A DNA stretch of 64,000 bases from an uncultured Gemmatimonadales bacterium (GTDB taxonomy: Bacteria > Gemmatimonadota > Gemmatimonadetes > Longimicrobiales > Longimicrobiaceae), in the NCBI GenBank assembly GCA_963716255.1, contig OY970303.1:5600001-5664000 (forward strand), read 5' to 3'. Numbering within the stretch: the stretch's first letter is position 1; every line of letters starts with the position of its first letter. The position numbers and the translations under genes are program-made. Positions 19,430 to 30,600 of this stretch are shown here, in pieces. Under the pieces are notes generated by a model, which was not told where the DNA came from, ran no database searches, and saw only the letters and a list, made by a program, of their open reading frames with translations.

Positions 19430-20637
19430 GGCGTCCGGGTGATGATCTTCTGGGGCGGCACGTCGACGGCGGCGGGGGTGCCCCCGGCGAGCTGCGCGAG
19501 CACGGCGCGCACCGCGTCCTCGTCCACCCGCTCCACGTCGGCGTAGAAGCGCTGCGCGGCGTCGGCCTGCCCGGCACGGTCGATGAACTGCCCCACCACG
19601 TCGGCCATGCGCTCCGGGCGGCGGGCGTAGAAGAGCATGTCGCGCCGCACGCCGGCCGCGGCCTCGCGCACCCGGCCCGCGTCCAGCGACTCGCCCAGCG
19701 ACGCGAGCGAGGCGCCCACGGCGCGGCGGGCGGCGGGCAGCCCCGCGGGCTGCGCGGCCACCACCAGGGCCAGCGCCTGCCCCTGGCGCGTCCACCAGTG
19801 CTCGGCCTCCACGGAAGCGGACGGCAGCCGCTCGCGCAGGTGGTCGCGGAGCAGGCGCGCGGCCACGGTCACGGCGGCCGGGTCGGCGTCGGCGGCGGAC
19901 CACCCCAGCCCGATCCAGCCGCGCGTCGCCTCGGGCGGCGCGGGCGGGGCCGCGGAAACCGTGTCGGCGAGCGCCTCCGCGGCTGTGCCTTCCGGCGCGG
20001 CCGGGAGCCGCGCGAAGGCGTCGCGCACGCGGCCCACCTGCACGTCCCCCACCGCCACCACGGACACGCGCTCGGGGCGGTACATCGCCGCCCACAGCGC
20101 CTGCACCGCCTCCGGGGTGAAGCGCTCCGCCGAGGCCGGGGTCCCCGCGGGGGACAGGTCCTCGGGGAAGAGGCGCCCCCGCAGCAGGGCGCGCACGTGG
20201 CCGGCGGCGGTCTCCCACTCGGCGCCCCGCTCGTCGCGCAGCTCGCGCTGCGCCGCCACCAGCTGCGCCTCGCCGACCGAGGGCTGCCGCAGCGTGGAGC
20301 GCAGCACCCCGGCCAGGTAGTCCAGCTCGGAGGCGGGCCCCACCACGGTGTACACCACCGCGTCGGCGCCGCGGGTGATCTGCACCTCGCCGCCCACGCG
20401 CTGTACCTGCTCCAGCAGCGAGGGGAGGAGCAGGTGCTGGAGGAGGTGGCCCGCCCCGGCGTACCCGGGCGGGTCGTCCGCCAGCAGCGACAGGCGGAGC
20501 GCGACGATGGGGATGGCCGGCTGGCGGTGCACCGCCACCATCCCCGCCACCGCGTTCGCGGGAGCGGGGAGGGACGAGAGCGCCGCGGTGTCCGCCGCGG
20601 CGGTCCCGGCCGCGAGCGTCAGGGCGAGCAGGAGCAT
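19426..20637 (-). CDS. M16 (insulinase)-like protein with degenerate HLLQH motif
   Basis: GAGHLLQHL; YRPERVSVVAVGDV; ATGA overlap with partner gene. Confidence 0.75.
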   Translation of the reverse strand: MLLLALTLAAGTAAADTAALSSLPAPANAVAGMVAVHRQPAIPIVALRLSLLADDPPGYAGAGHLLQHLLLPSLLEQVQRVGGEVQITRGADAVVYTVVGPASELDYLAGVLRSTLRQPSVGEAQLVAAQRELRDERGAEWETAAGHVRALLRGRLFPEDLSPAGTPASAERFTPEAVQALWAAMYRPERVSVVAVGDVQVGRVRDAFARLPAAPEGTAAEALADTVSAAPPAPPEATRGWIGLGWSAADADPAAVTVAARLLRDHLRERLPSASVEAEHWWTRQGQALALVVAAQPAGLPAARRAVGASLASLGESLDAGRVREAAAGVRRDMLFYARRPERMADVVGQFIDRAGQADAAQRFYADVERVDEDAVRAVLAQLAGGTPAAVDVPPQKIITRTP

Positions 20638-20695
20638 GTATTCCGGATCGATGCCGTGGTCGGCGTTTTCATCAAGCTGTCGCGTGTGGGCCGAA

Positions 20696-20775
20696 GGGCC
20701 CTCACCCGGCTCGCTTTAGGCTCGCCACCTTTTCCCTTCACACGGTTCACGCGAAGCGCCATTCCGGGAGAGGGG
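20696..20775 (+). repeat. Family C REP-like repeat
   Basis: GGGCCCTCACCCGGCTCGCTTTAGGCTCGCCACC...GGGAGAGGGG. Confidence 0.8.
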
Positions 20776-20808
20776 CAGCTGCTGGATATAGAGTACGAGC
20801 AAGCAGTT

Positions 20809-20942
20809 GCGTGAGGGATTACGGCCCGAAGGGGCGAGACCCGGCGGCCGTTTGCCGGGGCTCGACTCCGTTAGGCAGCGTTGTTTGCTGCCTTACGGAG
20901 CCGAAGCCCGACCCCGGCGCCAGCCGGGGACACGCCCGAACC
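20809..20942 (+). repeat. Family A repeat, copy 5
   Basis: Inner stem AGGCAGC/GCTGCCT. Confidence 0.95.
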
Positions 20943-21055
20943 TGCCAGTTCACCCGTCTATAGTCCACCGTGCTCCCCGGAGTTCCGGAATGCGCAAAGG
21001 AGCGCCGTCGGGCGCTCCTCGCGGATGGTTCCGGGAGTAGGCGGCGCCAACCGCC

Positions 21056-21991
21056 TCAGTCGGGGATCGCGTCCTCGATGATGAAGTTGAGCGGATTCAC
21101 CGGCCGCCCGTTCACCTCCACCTCGTAGTGCAGGTGCGGGCCGCTCACCAGCCCGGTGGCGCCCACCTCGGCGATCACGTCGCCGCGTTTCACCTCCTGC
21201 CCCTCGCGCACCAGCACCTTCGATGCGTGCGCGAAGCGGGTCACGTAGCCGAAGCCGTGGTCGATCTCCACCACGTTGCCGTAGCCGCCGGACTTGAAGC
21301 CGGCGTGCCGGACCGTGCCCTTGGCCGGGGCGAGGATCGGCTCGCCCACCGGGGCGGCGATGTCGATCCCCTTGTGCGGGCGGGTGATGCGCAGCACCGG
21401 GTGGTAGCGGCCGCGGCTGAAGAGGCTGGACAGGTGGCCGCTGGACGGGGAGATGGAAGGGGTGGCGGCCAGGCGCTCGCGGTTGGTCTCCATGGCGTCC
21501 AGCGCCTCGTCCATGCTGGAGCGCAGCAGGGCGGCGCGGCGCAGCAGCGCGCCCAGGTCGGACGAGGTCTCGAAGACCTTTTTGCCGCGCTGCGGGCTCA
21601 CGCGGAACAGCGACGCCGACTGGAGGGTGGCCGTCCCCGGCCCGCCGATCCCCACGCGCTCCACCTGCGGGTCGATCGCGGGCAGGCCTGCGACCACGCG
21701 GTATTTCTCCCCCTTCTCCGACAGCTCCTCGATGGACTCGGAGAGCGTCGCCATGTCGCTCCTCATCTCGTCCACCTCGGCCGCAAGCAGCTCGTTCTCG
21801 CGCTCCAGGCTCGCGGCGCGCGCGTGGTGGCTCTGCTTGACGAAGAAGCCCACGCTGAACACCGCGAGGACGAAGGCGAGCGCGAGCGTGGCGGAAAGGG
21901 CTACCCTGACGCTCCGGCTGGAGATCTGGATGGATCTGACGCGCTCGTTGTCGTGCGGAACGAGCATCAGCGTCCACTTGGATCGTGCCAT
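21056..21991 (-). CDS. M23 family metallopeptidase
   Basis: TM, coiled coil, HKGIDIAA, GYGN, GPHLHYEV. Confidence 0.93.
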   Translation of the reverse strand: MARSKWTLMLVPHDNERVRSIQISSRSVRVALSATLALAFVLAVFSVGFFVKQSHHARAASLERENELLAAEVDEMRSDMATLSESIEELSEKGEKYRVVAGLPAIDPQVERVGIGGPGTATLQSASLFRVSPQRGKKVFETSSDLGALLRRAALLRSSMDEALDAMETNRERLAATPSISPSSGHLSSLFSRGRYHPVLRITRPHKGIDIAAPVGEPILAPAKGTVRHAGFKSGGYGNVVEIDHGFGYVTRFAHASKVLVREGQEVKRGDVIAEVGATGLVSGPHLHYEVEVNGRPVNPLNFIIEDAIPD

Positions 21992-22278
21992 GGCCTCGGT
22001 TGTGTTTCGGAAAAATACGTAGGAAGGACGATGCTCCCGGGCGTGACCTGGTTGTCGCGGAGGCGCGTACTATACATCCCCACGTGGGGGAGTGTCAAGC
22101 AACTCCACGTCTTGCGAGGATCATCGCCAAGGGAGTGGACGCCGGCGGGGGAGGTCTGCGTGCGTGCCGGGGCGCCACTTGCGGAGCGGACGGGGCGGAC
22201 CCATCCTTGCACGTTTGCCGCCAGAAACGCCCGCCGCGCCCCGCGCGCGGCTTTCCGCCGGGGATCCAGAGAGCGCGC

Positions 22279-23838
22279 ATGCCGACCGAGCCCGAGACGT
22301 TCTACATCACCACGCCGATCTACTACGTCAACGACCGGCCCCACATCGGCCACGTGTATTCCAGCACCGTGGCCGACGCCGTCGCGCGCTACCACCGGCT
22401 GAGGGGGGACGACACCTTCTTCCTCACCGGCACGGACGAGCACGCGGCCAAGGTGGTGACGGCGGCGGCGGAGCGCGGGCTGGGGCCGCAGGAGTGGGCG
22501 GACCGCAACGCGGCGGCCTTCCAGGCAGCGTTCGCCGGGCTGGGGATCTCCAACGACGACTTCATCCGCACCAGCGAGGCGCGCCACCGCGAGCGCGTCA
22601 CCGGGTACGTCCGCCGGCTCCTGGACTCGGGAGACGTGTACCTGGGCGAGTACGAGGGGTGGTACGACGCGGGGCAGGAGGAGTACGTCCCCGAGAACAA
22701 GGCCAAGGAGTCGGACTTCCGCTCGCCCATCAACGGGCAGCCGCTGGTCCGCAAGTCGGAGCACAACGCCTTCTTCCGGCTGAGCGCCTACCGTGACGCG
22801 CTGCTGGAGCTGCTGGAGGCGGGGCTGGTGCAGCCCGAGGCGCGCCGCAACGAGCTGCTGGCGCGCGTGCGCGAGGGGCTCAACGACGTTCCCGTCTCGC
22901 GCACCGGGACGCAGGGGTGGGGGATCCCCGTCCCCGGCACGCCGGACCAGACCATCTACGTCTGGATCGACGCGCTGATGAACTACCTGACCACGGTGGA
23001 CACGGACGAGCGGCGCAGGTACTGGCCCGCGGACGTGCACCTGATCGCAAAGGACATCCTCTGGTTCCACGGGGTGATCTGGCCGGCGCTCCTCCTGGCG
23101 CTGGGCCGTCCGGTGCCCAGGCGGGTGTACGCGCACTCGTTCTGGATCCGCGACGGACGCAAGATGAGCAAGTCGCTGGGCAACTTCGTGGACCTGGAAA
23201 CGATCGACGAGTACGTGGGGCGCTTCTCGCTGGACGCGCTGCGCTGGTTCCTGCTCACGCAGGGGCCGCTGGGAACCACCGACGCGGACTTTGCGGAGTC
23301 CAAGTTCATCGAGGTGTACAACTCCGACCTGGCGAACACCCTGGGCAACTCGTTCAGCCGTGTCGCCAACATGATCGGGCGCTACTTCGGGGGGGTGGCG
23401 CCGGAGGGCGGGGCGGGGGAGGGCGGCGAGCTGCGCGCGGCGGCCGGGCGCGCCGTGGCCTCGTACCGCGGGGCGATGGACGAGCTGCGGCTGGACGACG
23501 CGGCGGGGGCGGCCATGGAGCTGGTCCGCGCCATCGACGGCTACATCGAGCGGACGGCGCCGTTCAAGCTCGCCAAGGACCCGGAGCGCATGCCCGAGGT
23601 CGGCGCCATCCTGTACGACTGCGCGGAGGCCATGCGCATCGCCTCGCTGCTGCTCTGGCCCGTGCTGCCGGAAAAGATGGAGGAGGTGTGGCGGCGCACC
23701 GGCGGGGAGGCGTACGCGGCGGCGGTGGCGGAGCGCGGGCGGGGCAGCTTCGACGAGTGGACGGCGTGGGGGCTGCTGAAGCCGGGGACGCCCATCGCCA
23801 AGGGGGAGGCGCTGTTCCCGCGTTTCCAGGTGCCCTGA
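22279..23838 (+). CDS. metG: Methionyl-tRNA synthetase (short form)
   Basis: FYITTPIYYVN.PHIGH, TGTDEH, YVWIDAL, KMSKSLGN. Confidence 0.97.
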   Translation: MPTEPETFYITTPIYYVNDRPHIGHVYSSTVADAVARYHRLRGDDTFFLTGTDEHAAKVVTAAAERGLGPQEWADRNAAAFQAAFAGLGISNDDFIRTSEARHRERVTGYVRRLLDSGDVYLGEYEGWYDAGQEEYVPENKAKESDFRSPINGQPLVRKSEHNAFFRLSAYRDALLELLEAGLVQPEARRNELLARVREGLNDVPVSRTGTQGWGIPVPGTPDQTIYVWIDALMNYLTTVDTDERRRYWPADVHLIAKDILWFHGVIWPALLLALGRPVPRRVYAHSFWIRDGRKMSKSLGNFVDLETIDEYVGRFSLDALRWFLLTQGPLGTTDADFAESKFIEVYNSDLANTLGNSFSRVANMIGRYFGGVAPEGGAGEGGELRAAAGRAVASYRGAMDELRLDDAAGAAMELVRAIDGYIERTAPFKLAKDPERMPEVGAILYDCAEAMRIASLLLWPVLPEKMEEVWRRTGGEAYAAAVAERGRGSFDEWTAWGLLKPGTPIAKGEALFPRFQVP

Positions 23839-23871
23839 CCGTCTTCAACTACGGACTGCGACGGCAACGGC

Positions 23872-24006
23872 GGGTTCGGGCGTGTCCCCGGCTGGCGCCG
23901 GGGTCGGGCTTCGGCTCCGTAGGGCTGCAAACAACGCAGCCCAACGGAGTCGAGCCCGCGCAAACAGCCGCGCGGTCTCGCCCCTTCGGGCCGAAATCCC
24001 TCACGC
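23872..24006 (-). repeat. Family A repeat, copy 6
   Basis: Reverse orientation; inner stem GGGCTGC/GCAGCCC. Confidence 0.95.
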
Positions 24007-24080
24007 AACAGGCCCCCTCTCCCCGGCCCCCTCCCCCGCAAGCGGGAGAGGGGGAGCACTGCACCGGACCCGCAGTTGGC

Positions 24081-24166
24081 CCCCTGTCCCAGAATGGCGC
24101 TAACGCTTCGCGTGAACCGTGTGAAGGGAGAGGGTGGCGAGCCTCAAGCGAGCCGGGTGAGGGGCC
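24081..24166 (-). repeat. Family C REP-like repeat
   Basis: Reverse complement of the family C core. Confidence 0.8.
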
Positions 24167-24184
24167 TCTGCCGCCCAACGCCGA

Positions 24185-24216
24185 GGAGCCGCCCCGTCGA
24201 TCGACCGGGCGGCTCC
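24185..24216. terminator. Putative terminator hairpin
   Basis: GGAGCCGCCC...GGGCGGCTCC between convergent transcription units. Confidence 0.5.
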
Positions 24217-24256
24217 TTCCAGCTTTGCTTCGTCTGCTCCGGCGCGCCGGCGGCTA

Positions 24257-25449
24257 GTGGATCACCCCGGCTGAGGTGATGGGTATCGGGAGGAGAACTT
24301 CTCCCGAGCCTTGGCGGTTGTGAAACGCCACTGAATCGTGGCCTTGCTGCCGTTGCGGTCGCGGCACCAGACGGCGGTTTCACGCTGCACGACTTCCATG
24401 CTGGGCAGGCGCCGGTCCAAGCATTGAGTGCCGAGCACGGAGAACTCCACCTCGGCCATGTTCAACCAGCTTGCATGCTTGGGCGTGTGGTGCAACTCCA
24501 GGCGCTTTGCGATCCGGCTTGCTTCCTCGGGCGCGAACGCCTGGTAGAGCGAGGCCGGCGTGTGCGTGTTCAGGTTGTCCAGCACCACGCGGACCTTCTC
24601 CGCCTCCGGAAAATGCACGTCCACCAGATCCCGCATGCAGTGGGCGAAGTCGATCGCGGTGCGCCGCTGCGTGACCTTGACCTCTCGCCAGGCGGTGTCG
24701 GGGCTGAAGAAGAGGAAGAGGTTGCACGTGCCTTCGCGCCGGTACTCGTAGTCGAACCGCTCGGCCTGCCCCGGTCGCGCCGGCAGCGGCATGCGCACCT
24801 CGGACAGAAGTTGCAGAGGCATCTCGTCAAAGGCCACACGCGGCCGCTTCGGGTCGTTCGGCTCTGCATACAGGTCGAGCACGTCCTCCATCCGCCAGAC
24901 GAATTCGGCCGTGATCTCCGGGATCAGCCACTGCTGGCGCTGCCACGGCTTCGTCTTGCTTTTTTGAGCGTGCGGCGCACCGTCTCATCCGAGATCGAGT
25001 CCACCGCCCCCAGTTCCACCAGCCGGTCCGCGAGCATCTGCATGCTCCAGCGGGCGCGCCCACCAGGCACGTCGCTGCAGGCCAGCGCCAGGAGCAGGGC
25101 CTCCGCTTTGCCTGTCAGCTTCGGCGGCATCGGCGGGCGGGGTTTCTCTGAGAGAGCCGCCTCCAGCCCTTCTTCCACGAAGCGCTTGCGGATGCGCTCC
25201 ACCGTAGCGACCCCGACGCCCACGCCCGCGACGATCTGCTCGTCCGTGGCACCCTCGTCGGAGCGCAGCACCACCAGAGCGCGTTTGATCCGCCGCGCGC
25301 TTGCCTTCCCCTTGCGCGTGAGCACAAGCAGATCGCTGCGCTCCTGCTCCGTCAGCTTCACCTTGTACCGCTTCGTCATCCTTCGGCTCCTGTACAACTG
25401 CGTACCCAAAGCCGAAGGATACCCCATCAACTCACTCGTGGTGCCCCAC
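24257..25449 (-). mobile_element. IS630 family insertion sequence
   Basis: TA duplication at 24255-56 and 25450-51; imperfect terminal IRs GTGGATCACCCCGGCTGAGGTGATGGG vs GTGGGGCACCACGAGTGAGTTGATGGG; split transposase. Confidence 0.93.
24262..25379 (-). CDS. IS630 transposase (HTH ORF plus DDE ORF joined by -1 frameshift at A6 run 24960-24965)
   Basis: ORF A ends ETVRRTLKK; the -1 frame continues SKTKPWQ..FVWRMEDVL..FDE..VLDNLNTH..SWLNMAEVE. Confidence 0.9.
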
Positions 25450-26480
25450 TAGGCCTGGGCGGGTGGGCCGCCGGCTCCGGGGCCGCGGCGCTCGCCGCGC
25501 AGGCGGGGGCGGCGCGGGGGACGCTGCTGCTCGGTGGGAGTGGGGAGCGGCTCGGCGGGGGCGGCCTCGCGCTCGCGGGGGGCCGGGGCCGGCCCGGCGG
25601 CGGCCATCTCCTCGCGCAGGGCGTCCAGCTCCACCACGCGGCGCTGCCGGCTCTCGTCCATCAGCGTCACCTGGTTCTTCCAGATGTCGATCCCCACCAC
25701 CTTCTCGTTCCCCACCGAGGTGCGCACCGTCTTGCCCTCGCGCGGAAAGCGCTTGCGGGCGGCCACGTAGGCGTCGTGCTCGTAGGTGAGGCAGCACATC
25801 AGCCGGCCGCAGGTGCCGGAGATCTGGGTGGGGTTGAGCGACAGGTTCTGGTCCTTGGCCAGCTGGAGCGAGATGGGCTTGATCTCGCGCAGCCAGGTGG
25901 AGCAGCACAGCTCGCGCCCGCAGCGGCCCACGCCGCCCAGCAGCGCCGCCTCGTCGCGTACCCCGATCTGCTTCAGCTCGATGCGCGTGCGGAAGTTGCG
26001 CGCCAGGTCGCGGACGAGCTGGCGGAAGTCCACGCGCCTTTCCGCGGTGAAGTAGATGGTGAGCTTGTTCCGGTCCCACTGCCACTCCACCTCGCTCACC
26101 TTCATCTTCAGCCCGTGCTGCTCCACCATCTCCCGCGTGGTGCGGCGCACCCGCTCCTCGTCCACCCGCAGCACGCGCAGCGCCTCCAGCTCGCCGGGCT
26201 CGGCGCGGCGCAGGATGCGCTCGGTGGGGGCGGCATCCTCCTCCGTCGCGCCCTCGCCCCTGCAGCTGGCGCACTTCTTCGCGGCCACGCCGCCCACGGA
26301 GCGCACGCGCCCCACGTCGCGGCCGCGCTCCACCTCCACCAGGACGTAGTCGCCCACGCGAAGGTCCGGGTCCGTGGTGCGGAAGTAGGCACGGTGCGTC
26401 CCCTTGAACGCGACCTCCACCACGCGGGGGAGCTCCCGCAGGTCGGGGAGCGGCTGGAATACGGGAAGCGGAAGGCTCAC
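25449..26480 (-). CDS. ricT: PSP1/RicT (YaaT-like) Fe-S regulatory protein
   Basis: YFTAERRVDFRQLVRDLA..IGVRDEA..CGRELCC..SGTCGRLMCCL; GTG start with GAGG RBS. Confidence 0.88.
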   Translation of the reverse strand: MSLPLPVFQPLPDLRELPRVVEVAFKGTHRAYFRTTDPDLRVGDYVLVEVERGRDVGRVRSVGGVAAKKCASCRGEGATEEDAAPTERILRRAEPGELEALRVLRVDEERVRRTTREMVEQHGLKMKVSEVEWQWDRNKLTIYFTAERRVDFRQLVRDLARNFRTRIELKQIGVRDEAALLGGVGRCGRELCCSTWLREIKPISLQLAKDQNLSLNPTQISGTCGRLMCCLTYEHDAYVAARKRFPREGKTVRTSVGNEKVVGIDIWKNQVTLMDESRQRRVVELDALREEMAAAGPAPAPREREAAPAEPLPTPTEQQRPPRRPRLRGERRGPGAGGPPAQA

Positions 26481-26548
26481 GTGTGGTACCTCATCTATGC
26501 AGAGCGCCGTGCCCCATGGGGGCGCGGCGCCTCGGGTCTCGAACGGGG

Positions 26549-27514
26549 TCAGCGGACGGTGCGCCACTCCCCCATGGACATGTACTTGTCCCACCGGGCG
26601 CGCCGCAGCTCGTCGGTGGGAATGGCGCGCAGCTCGCCCAGGTGGCGGCCCAGCGCCTCGCGCAGCGCCTCGGCCGTGCCCTCCCAGTCGGAGTGGGCGC
26701 CGCCCGCGGGCTCGGCGATGATGTCGTCGATCACGCCCAGCCGGAGCAGGTCGCCGGCGGTGATCTTCATGGCGGCGGCGGCCTTGTCGCGCTCCGTGCC
26801 GCTCTTCCACAGGATCGCCGCGCACCCCTCGGGCGAGATCACCGAGTAGATGCTGTTTTCCAGCATCAGCACCCGGTCCGACACCCCGATGGCCAGCGCG
26901 CCGCCCGAGCCGCCCTCGCCGATCACGACGGCCACGGACGGGACCTTGAGCGCCGCCATCTCCAGCAGGTTGCGGGCGATGGCCTCGCCCTGCCCCCGCT
27001 CCTCCGCGCCGATGCCGGGGTACGCGCCCGGCGTGTCGATCAGCGTCACCACCGGGCGTCCGAACTTCTCGGCCTGCTTCATCAGCCGGAGCGCCTTGCG
27101 GTAGCCTTCGGGGTGCGGCATCCCGAAGTTGCGCCGCAGGTTCTCCTTCATGTCGCGGCCCTTCTGCTGGCCGATCAGCATCACCGACTCGCCGTCCAGA
27201 CGCGCCCACCCGCCCACCATGGAGTCGTCGTCGCGGAACATGCGGTCGCCGTGCATCTCCACGAAGTCGTCGAACACCATCTCGACGTAGTCCAGCGTAT
27301 ACGGCCGGCGGGGGTGCCGCGCCACCTGCACCCGCTCGATGGGGGACAGGTTGCGGAAGGTGTCCTGCTTCAGCTCCTCCAGCTTGCGCTCCAGGGAGCG
27401 GAGCTCGGTGGACACGTCCAGTCCGCGCTCGCGCGCCAGGGTGCGGAGCCGGAGGATCTGCTCCTCCACGTCCGCGATCGCGCGCTCGAAGTCCAAATGG
27501 GCTACCGTCGCCAA
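26549..27514 (-). CDS. accA: Acetyl-CoA carboxylase carboxyltransferase alpha
   Basis: LDFE, ARHPRRP, NFGMPHPEGYRKA, DTPGAYPG, GEGGSGGAL, SVISPEGCA. Confidence 0.97.
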   Translation of the reverse strand: MATVAHLDFERAIADVEEQILRLRTLARERGLDVSTELRSLERKLEELKQDTFRNLSPIERVQVARHPRRPYTLDYVEMVFDDFVEMHGDRMFRDDDSMVGGWARLDGESVMLIGQQKGRDMKENLRRNFGMPHPEGYRKALRLMKQAEKFGRPVVTLIDTPGAYPGIGAEERGQGEAIARNLLEMAALKVPSVAVVIGEGGSGGALAIGVSDRVLMLENSIYSVISPEGCAAILWKSGTERDKAAAAMKITAGDLLRLGVIDDIIAEPAGGAHSDWEGTAEALREALGRHLGELRAIPTDELRRARWDKYMSMGEWRTVR

Positions 27515-27617
27515 AATGCCTCGCTGTCGTTCGGGAAGGTCACGAGGTGACAGGAGACAGGCAGCCCCGGTCGTTGCAGGCTGTTCCCTGTTCCCTGTTC
27601 CCTGTTCCCTGCTGTTC

Positions 27618-30600
27618 CTACCCCCTCACCAGCCTCACACGCTCGTCGCCCAGCACCGCGCGCAGCTCCGTCAGCAGCACCTCGCTGGGGGCCACGCGCA
27701 CGGTGCGGGAGCGCAGGCGCGGCTCGTCGCCCGGGGGGAGGCTCCCCCCGTTGCGCCACACCACCTCCAGCGGCCCCGGCCCGGGGTAGCGCGCGAAGCA
27801 CTCCTTCGCCCGCCGGATGCGGTCGGGGTCCGCGCCGTCGGAGCCCAGCTCCAGGCACACCCCCACGCTCCCGCTTTCCCGCAGCTCCGCCATGCGCACC
27901 GCGCCGTCCAGGAAGACGGGCGGATCCTCCTCGTCGCGGTCGCGGCTGGAGACCGCCCCGCGCAGCAGGATGGGCGTGTCCTGCTGGAGCACGTCCTTCC
28001 ACCGCGCCCACGACTCGCCGAAGGCCAGCACGGTGGCGGTGCCGTAGAAGTCCTCCACCGTGATCCGCCCCCACTCCGAGCCGTCCTTCTTGCTGATCTG
28101 CCGCGCCGCCTCGGTCACCACGCACGCCAGCTCGATCTTCTGGTCGCGGAATTCGCGCAGGTTCCCGGTGTTCACCCGCTCGAACAATGCCACGTCCTCG
28201 CGGAACTTGTCCAGGGGGTGGCCGGAGATGAAGAATCCCAGGATCTCCTTTTCCCGCGCCAGGCGGTCGCTCTCCTGCCACTTCTCCACCGGCGGCAGCG
28301 TCGGCTCCGTCATCCCCGCCGTGGGCCCGGTGTCGCCGCCGCCCAGCAGGGCGTCGAAGATGTTCTCCTGCACGCTCTCGCGGTCGCGCTGCACCTGCTG
28401 CGCCGCCGAGAACGCCGCGTCCAGCCCGGCCAGCAGCTGCGCGCGCCCGCCGCCCTGGTCGAAGCCGTCCAGCGCCCCCGCGCAGATCAGCGACTCGATC
28501 ACCCGCTTGTTGCAGAGCCGCAGGTCGATCCGGCAGAGCAGGTCGAACATGCTCCGGAACGGCCCCTCGGTGATGCGCGCGGCCAGGATGGAGCGCACCG
28601 CGCCCTCGCCCACCCCGCGGATGGCGCCCAGCCCGAAGCGGATCTTGCCCACGCCTTCGCCGACGACGTTGAACTTCCAGTTGGACTCGTTGACGTGCGG
28701 CGGGAGCACCTCGATCCCCTCGCGCCCCACCCGGGGGAGGTACTTGCCCATCTCCCGGCACTGCGCGATGTACGCCACTACGTCGTCGATCTTGTCCACC
28801 ACCGACGACATCAGCGCGGCCATGAACTCCGCCGGGTAGTGGCACTTGAGCCACCCCGTCTGGTACGCCACCAGCCCGTACGCCGCCGAGTGCGACTTGT
28901 TGAAGCCGTAGCGGCCGAACGCCTCGATCTGGTCCGCCAGGTCCTGGATCATGCGGCGGTCGTGCCCCTTCTCCACCGCCTTCTCCACGAACTTGCCCAG
29001 CTCCTTGGCGATCAGCTCCGCGTCCTTCTTGCCCACCGCCTTGCGGAGCACGTCCGCCTCGGCCAGCGACAGACCGCCCAGGATCTGCGCGATGCGCATG
29101 ACCTGCTCCTGGTACACGATCACGCCGTAGGTGGGCTCCAGCACGTCGTGCAGGCTCGGGTGCGGGTACGCCACCTTTTCCTGCCCCAGCTTGCGGCGGA
29201 TGTACACCAGGTCCATCCCCATGTCCAGCGGGCCGGGGCGCACCAGCGCGTTGGCGGCCACCAGGTCGTCGAAGCGGTCCGCCTTCATGGCGCGGATCTT
29301 TTCCGTCGCCAGCGCCGATTCGAACTGGAACACCCCGGCGGTGCCGCCGCGCGCCAGCATCCGGTACACCTCGGGGTCGTCCAGCGGGATGTCCTCGGGG
29401 CGCGCGTACACGTCGCCGCTCTCCGGGTGGCGCAGCGCGCCGTGCCGGTCGCGGATGGCGGTCACGGCGTCGTAGATCACCGTGAGCGTCTTCAGCCCCA
29501 GGAAGTCCATCTTGAGCATCCCCGCCTTTTCAAGGCAGGTCATGTCGTACTGCGTGACGATGATGCTCTCGCCGCTCCCGCCCGCGCCCTTGGTGCTCTG
29601 CGTGCAGATGGGGACGTACTCGTCCAGCGGCCCCGGCGCGATCACCACGCCGGCCGCGTGCACGCTGGAGTGCCGCGACAGCCCCTCCAGCGTCTTGGAG
29701 TAGTCCAGGAGCCGGCGGTAGCGCTCGTCCTTCTCGTACCGGTCGTGGATCTCGGGGATCTTGTCGATCGCCTCCTCCACCGAGAGCGAGTACGCCGGGC
29801 TGTTGGGGATCAGCTTGGCGAGCGCGTCCGTTTCCGCGGGGAGGAAGCCCAGCGTGCGGCCCACGTCCTTGACCACGGCCCGCGACTTCATCGTCCCGAA
29901 GGTGATGATCTGCCCCACCGCGTCGCGTCCGTACTTCTCGCGCACGTACTCGATCACCTCGCCGCGCCGCTCGAAGCAGAAGTCCACGTCGATGTCGGGC
30001 ATCGACACGCGCTCGGGGTTCAGGAAGCGCTCGAAGAGCAGGTCGAACTTGATGGGGCAGCAGTCCGTGATCCCCATGCAGTACGCCACGATGCTCCCCG
30101 CCGCCGAGCCGCGCCCCGGCCCCACGGGAATGTCGCGCCGGCGGGCCTCGCGGATGAAGTCGGCCGTGATCAGGAAGTAGCCGGAGTACCCCAGCTTGGT
30201 GATCACGTCGATCTCGTACTCCACCCGCTCAACGATCTCCGCCGACAGCGCCGCGCGCACCTCATCTTCCGGGAACGCCCTGACCTCGGCCACCGGGCCG
30301 GTCGCGCCGCCCGTCCTGGGCCCATAGTGCTTCATCGCGCCGCTCCACACCCAGGCGCGCAGCATCTCGTCCTCGGTGGCGAAGCCCTCCTGCTGCACCG
30401 GGAATGCCGGTACGTTGTAGCCCTTGGGGTACGACCAGTTCACCTCGTCGGCGATGCGCAGCGTGTTTTCCAGCACGTCCTGCCGGTCCGGGAAGCGCTC
30501 CGCCATCTCCGGCCCGCTCTTGAAGTAGAGCTGGTCGTCGTACTTCATCCGGTTGGGGTCCGCGAAGTCCTTGCCCAGCCCGATGCAGAGCAGCACGTCG

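Noticed and set aside
27581..27618. Tandem CTGTTCC heptamers after dnaE (related GGGACAG run at about 16677-16700)
   Set aside because: Short simple repeat with no evidence of function.
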